Below the pieces are notes generated by a model. The model had not been told where the DNA came from. It saw only the letters and a program-made list of their open reading frames with translations, and did not search any database. Shown piece after piece: positions 37,162 through 46,304 of a DNA stretch of 54,392 bases. How positions within the stretch are numbered: position 1 is the stretch's first letter; the number at the start of each line of letters is the position of its first letter. This DNA comes from Candidatus Dadabacteria bacterium (lineage in GTDB: Bacteria; Desulfobacterota_D; UBA1144; Nemesobacterales; Nemesobacteraceae): assembly GCA_022819805.1 (NCBI GenBank), contig JAJEGO010000018.1, forward strand, positions 1 to 54,392, in the 5' to 3' direction. The position numbers and the translations under genes are program-made.

Positions 37162-37638
37162 TTATTCTATATCAATAACCAGAAATTCCTTAATTCCTCC
37201 GGGGGCCCTGACCTGTATCTCGTCGTCGACTCTCTTTCCGATAAGCGCGCTGCCGACCGGAGAGGTGACGGAGATAAAGCCATTTTCGGGCTCGGATTCA
37301 TCTTCTCCAACAAGCTTGTACTTCTTTATGTCCCCGGAATCAATATCCTCCACCGTAACCGTAAGACCGAAAACGACCCTGTCCCGCGAAGTGATTTTCT
37401 CGGGGTCGATTACTTCCGCGCGGCCAAGGCGGTCTTCTACTTCCAGTATCCTCCCCTCTATGAACGACTGCTTCTGCTTGGCGGTTTCATACTCGGCGTT
37501 TTCGGAAAGGTCCCCGAGGGATCTCGCGTATTCTATAAGCCTGATCACTTCCTGTCTTTCGACGGTCTTTAACCTGTGAAGTTCGTCCCGAAGCTTTTTC
37601 CATCCATCGGGAGTAATTAGAACTCTTTGGACACTCAT
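37162..37638 (-). CDS. greA: Transcription elongation factor GreA
   Basis: ARSLGDLSENAEY, ISVTSPVGSALIGK. Confidence 0.97.
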   Translation of the reverse strand: MSVQRVLITPDGWKKLRDELHRLKTVERQEVIRLIEYARSLGDLSENAEYETAKQKQSFIEGRILEVEDRLGRAEVIDPEKITSRDRVVFGLTVTVEDIDSGDIKKYKLVGEDESEPENGFISVTSPVGSALIGKRVDDEIQVRAPGGIKEFLVIDIE

Positions 37639-37677
37639 TTAATATCTCCTCCACACCTCAATCATAGCCCAACCGGG

Positions 37678-40600
37678 TTAATAGTAGCTTTGCAGGGCCT
37701 TCACGTCGAGGCCGCTTCTCACCATGGCCTCGATAGCACCGACTCCGGCCACCGCGCCGGCGAGAGTGGTGAAGTAAGGAACATTGTTTACAAGGGCTGT
37801 CCTCCGTATTGAATAAGACTGCGCGATCTCCTTTTTCCCGAAAGTGGTATTTATAACCAACTGCACCTCACCGTTTTTAAGATGATCGACTATGTGGGGG
37901 CGGCCCTGCTTAACCTTTTTCACCGTTCGGGAAAATATACCATTTTTATTGAGAAATTCAGATGTTCCCCCGGTAGCCATTATATCAAAACCGGTATCGC
38001 TCAGCCTTTGGGCTATATCAAGCATCTTGTCGGACTTGTCCTCGTCTTTTACGCTTATGAAGGCCATTCCGCCGGAGGGAAGGCTGTTGCCAGCCGCAAT
38101 CTGGGATTTGGCAAACGCCTGGTCAAGGTCGGGAGCGATTCCCATGACCTCGCCGGTGGATTTCATTTCCGGGCCCAGAATCGTGTCAACTTCCGGAAAC
38201 TTGACGAAAGGAAAGACCGATTCCTTCACGCAGTAGTGCTCCGGAACGATTTCCTCCGTGTAGCCGAGTTCCTCAAGAGATTTTCCGGTCATCACCTTGG
38301 TGCCTATCTTGGCCAGCTGAACCCCTATGGCCTTGCTCACGAAAGGAACGGTGCGGCTCGCTCTCGGGTTTACCTCGATTATGTAAATTTCCCCGTCCTT
38401 TACGGCAAACTGGATGTTAACAAGTCCTCTTACATCCAGAGAAAGGGCGAGTTTCTTCGTCTGGGATTTTATTTCCTCGACAATTTCAGGTTCCATCGAA
38501 AACGGTGGCAGAATCGCCGCGCTGTCTCCGGAATGAACCCCGGCTTCCTCGATGTGCTCGAGCACCCCGCCCACAACAACGGTCCTCCCGTCGCAAACCG
38601 CGTCCACGTCGACCTCCTTCGCGTCCTTCAGGAACTTGTCTATCAGTATCGGGTGGTTGGGCGAAACGCTCGCGGCTTCCCGGATGTAGGTCCGAAGAGC
38701 CTCCTCGTCGTAAACCGTCTCCATGGCGCGACCGCCCAGAACGTAGGACGGGCGGACCATGACCGGATATCCTATTTCGCGGGCTATGCCGATGGCTTCC
38801 CCCTCGCTTCTCGCGGTATCGCTTTCGGGCTGGAGGAGCCCCAGATCCGAAACGAGTTTCCTGAACCTGTCTCTGTCCTCGGCAAGATCTATGCTCTCGG
38901 GGGAAGTTCCTATTATCTTCACCCCCTCCTCCTCAAGCGCGAGGGCCAGGCGGAGCGGGGTCTGGCCCCCGAGGTGAACTATGACTCCCCATGGATCTTC
39001 CCTTCTTATAAGAGCCAGGGTGTCTTCAAGCGTAAGCGGTTCGAAATAAAGCCTGTCCGAGGTGTCGTAGTCCGTGCTCACGGTCTCGGGATTGCAGTTA
39101 ACCATAACGGCCTCGTATCCCTCTTCCCGAAGCGCAAAAGACGCGTGCACGCAGCAGTAGTCAAACTCTATGCCCTGGCCTATGCGGTTAGGTCCCCCGC
39201 CCAGTATCACAACTTTTTTCCTGTCCGTGGGAAGCGCTTCGCTTTCGCTCTCGAAAGTCGAGTAGAGATAGGGGGTGTAGGCCTCGAACTCGGCGGCGCA
39301 GGTATCAACCATCTTAAAAGCAGGTTCAATCCCCTCGCGCAGGCGGAAATCTCTTATTTCCCCTTCCTCCGCGGAAAGAAGTTTTGCAATCTCAATGTCG
39401 GAAAAACCGTGGCGCTTGGCCTCGAGTATGGTCTCTCGGTTAAGCCCGTCCTTCGCAATATCCGATTCGAAGTCGACAATCTGCTTTATATTCTGAAGAA
39501 ACCACGGATCCACGTGAGAGATTGAGTAAATTTCCTCCAAATTCATGCCCAGACGAAACGCGTCAGCTATGTACCAGAGCCGTCGCGGAGAGGGAATCCT
39601 GAGTTTCTCCCTTACCTCTTCGGGGTCATCGGATATTTTCTCGAAACCGTAGGAATCTATCTCAAGAGATCTCATCGCCTTCTGCAGGGACTCCTTGAAA
39701 GTTCTTCCCATGGACATGGCTTCCCCCACGGATTTCATCTGCGTGGTGAGAGTCGGGCTCGTCTGCGGAAACTTCTCAAACGCGAACCTCGGTATTTTCA
39801 CCACAACGTAATCTATCGTCGGTTCAAAAGACGCGGGAGTGTACTTCGTTATATCGTTTGAAATCTCATCCAGCGAATAGCCGACCGCAAGCTTCGCGGC
39901 TATCTTGGCGATCGGAAACCCCGTAGCCTTTGAGGCAAGCGCGGAGCTTCGCGAAACCCTCGGATTCATCTCTATTACCATCATCCGTCCGTCTTTGGGG
40001 TTGACGGCGAACTGGATGTTAGAGCCTCCGGTTTCAACGCCGATTTCCCTTATTATTGCTATGGACGCGTCGCGCATATGCTGGTATTCCTTGTCGGTAA
40101 GGGTCTGTGCGGGAGCCACCGTTATGCTGTCTCCCGTGTGAACTCCCATGGCGTCGAAATTCTCTATGGAGCAGATTATGACGACGTTATCCATGTGGTC
40201 CCGCATTACCTCGTACTCAAATTCCTTCCACCCCACTATGGATTCCTCTATGAGTATCTCGCTTGCCGGAGAGCTCTCGATGCCCGCCTTGGCGAACTCC
40301 TGGAATTCCTCCCTGTTGTAGGCGACGCTTCCGCCGGTTCCGCCAAGGGTAAAAGAAGGCCGTATGATGACCGGAAACCCTATCTCGTCCACGACGTCCC
40401 AGGCTTCTTCCATGTTATGCGCGATACCGCTTTTCGGCACCTCAAGACCTATGTCCGCTATCGCTTTTTTGAAAAGATCCCTGTTCTCGGCTTTTTTTAT
40501 CGCAGGTATTTTTGCCCCTATGAGTTCCACGCCGTGGCGCTCGAGCACGCCCGACTCGGCAAGCGAAACGGCAAGGTTAAGAGCCGTTTGTCCGCCTATC

Positions 40601-40866
40601 GTGGGCAGAAGGGCATCGGGCTTTTCCTTCTCTATTATTTTTTCCAGTATTTCGGGAACGAGCGGCTCTATGTAAGTCCTGTCGGCAAAGTCGGGGTCGG
40701 TCATTATGGTAGCCGGGTTGCTGTTTACGAGAACCACCCTGTAGCCTTCCTCCTTCAGCACCTTGCACGCCTGGGTGCCTGAATAGTCAAACTCGCAGGC
40801 CTGTCCTATGACTATCGGACCGGAGCCGATGACCATTATGGTTTTTATGTCAGTTCGCTTGGGCAT
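37678..40866 (-). CDS. carB: Carbamoyl-phosphate synthase large subunit
   Basis: [35 protein letters not shown], duplicated ATP-grasp, MGS domain. Confidence 0.99.
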   Translation of the reverse strand: MPKRTDIKTIMVIGSGPIVIGQACEFDYSGTQACKVLKEEGYRVVLVNSNPATIMTDPDFADRTYIEPLVPEILEKIIEKEKPDALLPTIGGQTALNLAVSLAESGVLERHGVELIGAKIPAIKKAENRDLFKKAIADIGLEVPKSGIAHNMEEAWDVVDEIGFPVIIRPSFTLGGTGGSVAYNREEFQEFAKAGIESSPASEILIEESIVGWKEFEYEVMRDHMDNVVIICSIENFDAMGVHTGDSITVAPAQTLTDKEYQHMRDASIAIIREIGVETGGSNIQFAVNPKDGRMMVIEMNPRVSRSSALASKATGFPIAKIAAKLAVGYSLDEISNDITKYTPASFEPTIDYVVVKIPRFAFEKFPQTSPTLTTQMKSVGEAMSMGRTFKESLQKAMRSLEIDSYGFEKISDDPEEVREKLRIPSPRRLWYIADAFRLGMNLEEIYSISHVDPWFLQNIKQIVDFESDIAKDGLNRETILEAKRHGFSDIEIAKLLSAEEGEIRDFRLREGIEPAFKMVDTCAAEFEAYTPYLYSTFESESEALPTDRKKVVILGGGPNRIGQGIEFDYCCVHASFALREEGYEAVMVNCNPETVSTDYDTSDRLYFEPLTLEDTLALIRREDPWGVIVHLGGQTPLRLALALEEEGVKIIGTSPESIDLAEDRDRFRKLVSDLGLLQPESDTARSEGEAIGIAREIGYPVMVRPSYVLGGRAMETVYDEEALRTYIREAASVSPNHPILIDKFLKDAKEVDVDAVCDGRTVVVGGVLEHIEEAGVHSGDSAAILPPFSMEPEIVEEIKSQTKKLALSLDVRGLVNIQFAVKDGEIYIIEVNPRASRTVPFVSKAIGVQLAKIGTKVMTGKSLEELGYTEEIVPEHYCVKESVFPFVKFPEVDTILGPEMKSTGEVMGIAPDLDQAFAKSQIAAGNSLPSGGMAFISVKDEDKSDKMLDIAQRLSDTGFDIMATGGTSEFLNKNGIFSRTVKKVKQGRPHIVDHLKNGEVQLVINTTFGKKEIAQSYSIRRTALVNNVPYFTTLAGAVAGVGAIEAMVRSGLDVKALQSYY

Positions 40867-41002
40867 GAAACGGAAAAGCTTGTAACAGGTTGCAAATATA
40901 TACTTAATAACGCGCTGACAGGCAATAAGAGAAATGTCCGTTTTCCGTGCGAGGGTCTATCCTTGCTAATACGTAGCGTATGTAGCAGCATCCCATTTTC
41001 CG

Positions 41003-41632
41003 ATGTCGCAACATATGTATAATGTATTTATGGGCGATGGCTTATCTCAACATGAAGTCGAACTGTTGAATGGTCAGGAACCATTTCACGGGCCGGGAGT
41101 CAAAGAACTGCTGCTGGTCGACTACTGGCGATGGTCAGGTTCTGTGCTTCTGGATAACACCACCCGCGGGATTCTGTCAGAATTTCTTATCGCTACAGCA
41201 CTAGGTCTCCACAAAAAACCAAGGAAAGAGTGGGATGAGTCTGATATCCGCATGGAATCCGGCACCTCAATTGAGGTTAAGAGCTCCGCATATGTGCAAT
41301 CGTGGGAGCAATCCAAAACTTCTGTTATCGAGTTCGGGATTGCTCCCCATAGAAGCTGGAACGCCGAAACTGGAGAGTACAGAGAAGGTGTTAAGCGTTG
41401 GACGGATATCTATGTATTCTGCGTTTTCACGGGGAAAGAACCTCTTCACCCGCTTGATACAAGCAAGTGGGATTTCTATGTTCTTCCAACGGAGGCGCTT
41501 GACCGGGAAGTTCCCGAGCAGAAAAGCATTCGACTGAATTCCCTCAAAAAACTCAAACCTTACGAGTGTCAATACGTTGACCTGAAAAAAACAATTGAGA
41601 ACATAGAGAACAGCATTAGAGAAAAAGCATGA
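41003..41632 (+). CDS. Hypothetical protein with PD-(D/E)XK-like nuclease motif
   Basis: RGILSEFLIA...WDESDI...SIEVKSSAY...DIYVFC; start uncertain. Confidence 0.65.
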   Translation: MSQHMYNVFMGDGLSQHEVELLNGQEPFHGPGVKELLLVDYWRWSGSVLLDNTTRGILSEFLIATALGLHKKPRKEWDESDIRMESGTSIEVKSSAYVQSWEQSKTSVIEFGIAPHRSWNAETGEYREGVKRWTDIYVFCVFTGKEPLHPLDTSKWDFYVLPTEALDREVPEQKSIRLNSLKKLKPYECQYVDLKKTIENIENSIREKA

Positions 41633-41811
41633 TAGCCCATCTCAAACTCTCGAACTGATCTGGAATCTATTTTCATGGGAATAGATGTCTATTTGGAACC
41701 TTGAGTAGATTATTAAGGGGACTTCCTACCTTTTATCAAGCGATAAATTTATATAACGATTTTATTTTTCAAAAACTTTTTCCGAGTTTTTCCATACTGT
41801 TTTTCCCATAA

Positions 41812-43071
41812 TCAGGCAGCAACTGCCTCCGGCACTTTTTTAAACTTCTTGTCAAACAACTCTCCCTTTTCCAGCAAAGAACAACACACAAGTAAAAGAC
41901 GGTCGCCCACAGTGCGAAGAGACCTTGCATGACTCAGTCCCCTGGCCCGTAACGACTTGTACCTGGACTTGCTTACCGGGTCATGTATAACGGCGACTCT
42001 TGCCAGATGATAAACCGCTTCCATTAGTCTTGGGGAAGCTGCGCGGCGTCGCGTAACATACTTGCTCTTACCCGACTGCTTCGTTACCGGGGCAGTCCCG
42101 GCAAAGCATCGCAGGGAGTTGTAGTCGCGGCGGCACAGCAGCTCATGAGCCTCTCCAAGCAACGCGCCCAGCACAATCATACCCACACCGGGAATTGACC
42201 GCAGGATTTCTATATCGCCTGGTTTTGCTTCCTTCCCCCTTCGGGCATTTTCTCGGGAAGCAATAATTTTGATAGTATCTTCGATTAAATTTTCCGTTTC
42301 GCTCAGTTGACGGTCAGCAACCTTGATTCGCTCAACAATGGTTTCTATATGCGCAACTCGACTGCGGACGGTTTCTTCCCGAAGGGTTATTTCCTGTGAA
42401 CGAAGAACCTTGAGCACTCCCTCGGTGTCAATACGCCGGATGCCGTGATGCTTGAGAAGCTTGCGCACCCTTGAGCGCCTGATTTTCCTTGCGGCAGCAG
42501 GGGTTGGTGCCAGCTCCCACAACTCAATGAGCCAAGGTCGCACAGCGTCACCGATAATCTCATTGAACTGGGGATAGTAACTCCACAGCAACTGACGCAT
42601 CCGATTCACCATACGGATTCGTTCCGCCACGAGTTCCTCTCTTGTACGCAGCAGTTCCCGCAGAACCGTGATGTCCGGATCCCGCGGCCTGACTCTGCGC
42701 AGGTGTCGACTGTCGGTGCGAAGCGCCTCTGCAAGCACCTGGGCGTCGCGACGGTCATCCTTGGCTCCGGATGGAGAGAATCGGTCTCTGAACCGGTCAA
42801 GCTGCTTGGGATTGACCGAGTGAACACAGAACCCTCTTTCCAAAAGACTTTCTACAACCGGACCATGGTTAACCTCGATTGAGACAGCGACATTATCCGT
42901 GGCTGAACCACAGGTTTTTAATATCCACTCGGCCATCTCGCAAAGACCTTTGCCTGTGTGGTCGAAAACCTTTTCTCCCAAAATAAAACCGTCTTGGTCG
43001 ATAACGCAGACTTGGTGGGAGGAAGAACCCCAGTCAATACCAGCAAAAAATAGTGTTTTATCATGTTCCAT
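41812..43071 (-). CDS. IS110-family transposase/recombinase
   Basis: RuvC-like DEDD (GIDWG, IEV, KDDRRDA), SIPGVG, FAGTAPVTKQSG; GGAGG RBS at 43081-43085 on the minus strand. Confidence 0.97.
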   Translation of the reverse strand: MEHDKTLFFAGIDWGSSSHQVCVIDQDGFILGEKVFDHTGKGLCEMAEWILKTCGSATDNVAVSIEVNHGPVVESLLERGFCVHSVNPKQLDRFRDRFSPSGAKDDRRDAQVLAEALRTDSRHLRRVRPRDPDITVLRELLRTREELVAERIRMVNRMRQLLWSYYPQFNEIIGDAVRPWLIELWELAPTPAAARKIRRSRVRKLLKHHGIRRIDTEGVLKVLRSQEITLREETVRSRVAHIETIVERIKVADRQLSETENLIEDTIKIIASRENARRGKEAKPGDIEILRSIPGVGMIVLGALLGEAHELLCRRDYNSLRCFAGTAPVTKQSGKSKYVTRRRAASPRLMEAVYHLARVAVIHDPVSKSRYKSLRARGLSHARSLRTVGDRLLLVCCSLLEKGELFDKKFKKVPEAVAA

Positions 43072-43094
43072 GATAAATTACCTCCGTGTGTAGT

Positions 43095-43260
43095 AGTCGG
43101 GTCTGCCGTGATGGTTACCTGATCCAGTACGGGTGCTCAGTGGCACGAACTTCCTACTGGGTATTCATCACGGCACTCGACCGAGGCACATGTCCCCCTT
43201 AGGCGCTCAAAAACGCTGAATTACATAAGGTAACTCCCGATCGAGTAGCCCGTGATAATC
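43095..43260 (-). ncRNA. Candidate IS110 bridge RNA (structured non-coding end upstream of the transposase)
   Basis: Stems tgccgtgatg(43104-13)/catcacggca(43166-75), ccagta/tactgg, gtgc/gcac, actcga(43175-80)/tcgagt(43241-46); the second stem-loop holds gaattacata, matching the insertion site; boundaries approximate. Confidence 0.65.
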
Positions 43261-43297
43261 TAATTCTGTGCTAAATAAAAGTTTTTAGGAAGGTACT

Positions 43298-43320
43298 GAA
43301 TTACATACATAAATAAAAAA
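43298..43320 (+). repeat. GGGAATTACATACATAAATAAAAA repeat, copy 1 (split by IS110; 5' GG at 41677-41678)
   Basis: gaattacatacataaataaaaaa is identical to 44578-44600. Confidence 0.9.
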
Positions 43321-43325
43321 TAAGG

Positions 43326-44549
43326 ATGGCTGCAAAGAAAGAGGTTGCTTCAAAAAGGAAGGTTGCGAAAAAGAAGACCGCGCGGCGTACGCACAAGGTC
43401 TGTAATAGGTGCGGTTTCGACTGCGCACTCAATGCCCGAACATGCAGTGAGTGTGGCAGCGAGAAGTTCGCGCCGGACTGGGTGATTGCCAAACGACCTG
43501 TCAACCGACAGGTCAGTGTCGAAGTGACCAAGTCAAATCCGAAGTTCGGAGAAGCTCAGGAACGTCTTACCCTGAGCAAGTGGTGGCCGGGCGGCAGTGC
43601 GACTTTTCACCTGCCCAATCTCGGGCAGTGGGAGGAAATCGAATGCATCATCAATAACGACCTTGCGCCGCTGATCGGCTGGAAGCCTGCCGATGAACTG
43701 GTCAAGTCAATCAAAAAGAAGTCAAAGAACGGTAAATCCGGTGCGGCGGGGGAAGACTATATAGAGCTGATGGACACGCACCCGGATTTTCTCAAGAAAC
43801 TGGTACAGGCGATTGATCCGAATAGGATATCAAAAAAGGAATTTGAAGATGTAGTCGAGATTTTCGGCAATATCTCGGATGCCCTAACGAATGCGAATGC
43901 CGGGTTCCGGGAAGCCTTTCTTGCTGTCGTTGAAAAACTCCCGAAACAGAAACAGCGTGCGCTTGAAGACCTCGACCTGCTTTTGCAAAGCTGGTCGTTA
44001 CAGGTCGTGACAAATGTCGCCCAACAAGTCAAGGCACGCATGGAGACGATTAAATTGTTCGAAAAGCAAATCCAGGACAAGAAGACGTTCGAGATTATCA
44101 GCGATAACTCCATCCACCGTATTCTTGAGCGCGCCATGTGGCTTGTTGACGAGCGCTACTGGCTTTTGCAGTCCAACAATACACTGCGCAAATTTATCGG
44201 CGAAGAAATGAGCAAGAAAGACAAGAAGAAGTACGGCAAAAAAAGACCGGATTTTGTCTGCGGCACCGTCGATAACAAACTCATTATCCTGGAGCTCAAA
44301 CGTCCTTCTCACAGTTTGACTGTTGAGGATTTAAATCAGCTTGAGGCCTACACGGTCATTGCCGAGGACTACAAGAAGTTCACCTCATACGAAGGCTATC
44401 TTGTTGGTAGTAAGGAAGATAGCGAGTTGCACCGCTATCTACGGCGGCGCTCAGGATTCAAGGTACTTCACTATGCAGACATCATCGAAAAGACGATGGG
44501 GCGCTACAAAGAGTTTCTCGATGCGATTGAATCCGATGGAGGTGCTTGA
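43326..44549 (+). CDS. Zn-ribbon + helical + C-terminal PD-(D/E)XK nuclease-like protein
   Basis: CNRC..CSEC; IHRILERAMWLVDERYW; RPDF..IILELKRP...QL..Y. Confidence 0.75.
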   Translation: MAAKKEVASKRKVAKKKTARRTHKVCNRCGFDCALNARTCSECGSEKFAPDWVIAKRPVNRQVSVEVTKSNPKFGEAQERLTLSKWWPGGSATFHLPNLGQWEEIECIINNDLAPLIGWKPADELVKSIKKKSKNGKSGAAGEDYIELMDTHPDFLKKLVQAIDPNRISKKEFEDVVEIFGNISDALTNANAGFREAFLAVVEKLPKQKQRALEDLDLLLQSWSLQVVTNVAQQVKARMETIKLFEKQIQDKKTFEIISDNSIHRILERAMWLVDERYWLLQSNNTLRKFIGEEMSKKDKKKYGKKRPDFVCGTVDNKLIILELKRPSHSLTVEDLNQLEAYTVIAEDYKKFTSYEGYLVGSKEDSELHRYLRRRSGFKVLHYADIIEKTMGRYKEFLDAIESDGGA

Positions 44550-44575
44550 TGAGTATTCTGTTAGGCGACCCTCTT

Positions 44576-45089
44576 GGGAATTACATACATAAATAAAAAA
44601 CCGTAAAATCTAAAAATATTTTTTTGTATGATCTAATCTGCATAAACAATAAGGAGGTTTTTTATTATGGCTGAAGAAAAAATTGCAACTAAAGTTTTTT
44701 CCATTCATACGCCGGATGGAGAAAGATTTGACTTTAAAGTACAGCAAATATCTGAAAATCAATTAAGAGTATTTGAAATTTTAGACGAGGACCACCCCAT
44801 AATTGTCACTTTTAGAGAGACTGATCCCGTTTGCACAATGAATTTTCAGAACGAAACGGGAATTGTAAAAGAAATAAAATCATCTGAACTAACAAATACC
44901 AATGCCAAATTCCAGATAATATTTGGAGAGATAAAATTACTATTAAAGGAAAGATTAGATAAAGCAAAAGCCTATAATTCATTAATTGAAGATGTAAAAG
45001 ATTTTGTTGATTTTCTTCCCAAAATAAGAGAGATTTGAACTCACGAACAATTAACCTCCCTCCTATTTTTATTTATGTATGTTATTCCC
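44576..45089. mobile_element. Non-autonomous cassette bounded by 24-bp terminal inverted repeats (44576-44599 / 45066-45089)
   Basis: gggaattacatacataaataaaaa vs reverse complement gggaataacatacataaataaaaa (1 mismatch); one cargo ORF, no transposase. Confidence 0.7.
44667..45038 (+). CDS. Hypothetical AT-rich cargo protein
   Basis: AAGGAGG RBS, 123-aa ORF inside the IR pair. Confidence 0.75.
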   Translation: MAEEKIATKVFSIHTPDGERFDFKVQQISENQLRVFEILDEDHPIIVTFRETDPVCTMNFQNETGIVKEIKSSELTNTNAKFQIIFGEIKLLLKERLDKAKAYNSLIEDVKDFVDFLPKIREI

Positions 45090-45367
45090 AAATTATGTCA
45101 GCCCTTGTTTGCCACTCTTAGCATAAAGAAGAAGTGAACAAACCATTTTTTCTCTATATAGGTTGTTTTATCTCTGCTGCTTATCAAATACCTAAAACAA
45201 AGCAGACTGAATTGGGAAGGTCTATTGTGACACTAACTGGTTCTTTAAAGCATCTTCTTAGCAATGAGGTCAGCAAGGCCATCAAGGTAATAATTGAAGG
45301 GAGTTATAATTAACACTTAAGATATTTTCTATCGTTTCTTTCTTGTTCTTTATTCTGCTCTAAAACC

Positions 45368-45395
45368 TTGACATACACCTTTTGATGATTAGTTT
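45368..45395 (+). promoter_or_regulatory. Possible sigma70-type promoter for rpoH-dnaK
   Basis: TTGACA at 45368, then TAGTTT 16 bp later; GGAGG RBS downstream. Confidence 0.35.
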
Positions 45396-45417
45396 GAGAA
45401 GTGGAGGTACATGTTAG

Positions 45418-46278
45418 ATGCAGACGGCAGTTGCAACGTGCGATTCTCTTTCGGTTTTCATGCGGGAGATGGAAAAACATCCGCTTCTCTCAAAAGAGGA
45501 AGAGCACGCGCTTGCGGTCAGATATTACGAAAACGAAGATCTTGAAGCGGCCAACAAACTTGTGGTGTCAAACCTCAGGTTCGTGGTGAGAATCGCTTCT
45601 GAGTACAGATCTTACGGTTTCCCGATGATGGACCTTGTTCAGGAAGGTTCGATAGGACTGATGCGCGCCGTTCAGAAATTCAATCCCTACAAGGGCTACA
45701 GGCTAATATCCTACGCGGTGTGGTGGATCAGGGTAAGGATCCAGAACCACATAATGAAGTTCTGGAGCAACGTAAAGATCGGAACGACGCAGTCCCAGAG
45801 AAAGCTTTTCCAGAGAATAGAAGGGGCAAAGCGCAAGCTCGGGATAACAGCCGCCAGCATGGAAGATGACGACATAAGTCGCCTGGCCGACCATTTCGGC
45901 GTCAAGGAAGAGGAAATCGGAGAGATGCAGGTTCGCGCTTCCAAAAGAGATCTCTCCCTCTCGGAGCGTCCCGCAGGGGACGACTCCTCGGCCACTTACG
46001 GGGAGTTGCTCCCTGACCCGTCGGATAACCAGGAGCAGGTGCTCGGCGAACTCGGGTTCGACAGCCTTGCCAGGGAGAATCTGCGCGAAGCTCTCGAGAT
46101 GCTTTCAGAGAGGCAGAAAAAGGTGATAAACGAGAGGTATTTCACCGAACCTCCAAGAAAACTCCACGAAATAGCCCGTGACCTCGGGGTTTCCCAGGAG
46201 AGGGTAAGGCAGATACAGGCCGAGTCCATAGGGAAACTCAGGGCGCACATGGCCGAAAAACTAGAAATTCACCCGTAA
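45418..46278 (+). CDS. rpoH: RNA polymerase sigma factor, sigma-32/RpoH-like
   Basis: LVVSNLRFVV, DLVQEG.IGLM.AV.KF.P, YAVWWI, RpoH box VKIGTTQSQRKLF, VSQERVRQI. Confidence 0.9.
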   Translation: MQTAVATCDSLSVFMREMEKHPLLSKEEEHALAVRYYENEDLEAANKLVVSNLRFVVRIASEYRSYGFPMMDLVQEGSIGLMRAVQKFNPYKGYRLISYAVWWIRVRIQNHIMKFWSNVKIGTTQSQRKLFQRIEGAKRKLGITAASMEDDDISRLADHFGVKEEEIGEMQVRASKRDLSLSERPAGDDSSATYGELLPDPSDNQEQVLGELGFDSLARENLREALEMLSERQKKVINERYFTEPPRKLHEIARDLGVSQERVRQIQAESIGKLRAHMAEKLEIHP

Positions 46279-46304
46279 CAAGAAGAAAATCCAGGAGGAA
46301 TTAA

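Larger units (their letters stand above)
41683..43301 (-). mobile_element. IS110-family insertion sequence (inferred ends; GAAT at both junctions)
   Basis: Removing 41683-43301 regenerates tgggaat+tacatacataaataaaaaa, identical to the intact repeat at 44575-44600. Confidence 0.8.

Noticed and set aside
37882-39525. 547-aa plus-strand ORF (also 1244-2068, 12983-13927, 47003-47722 and similar)
   Set aside because: Antisense shadows of carB, alaS, hisD and dnaK with no recognisable motifs
44550-44570. GTTAGGC after the nuclease gene (and ACATAAC at the SIR2 stop) as integron attC sites
   Set aside because: No matching partner core or attC-length palindrome, and no integron integrase in the window
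43298-45089. GAATTACATACATAAATAAAAA repeats as a CRISPR array
   Set aside because: Only three copies, 0.5-1.3 kb apart, one inverted, separated by whole genes; no cas genes
45215-45410. CIRCE element upstream of rpoH/dnaK
   Set aside because: Only TTAGCA is present; no TTAGCACTC-N9-GAGTGCTAA inverted repeat
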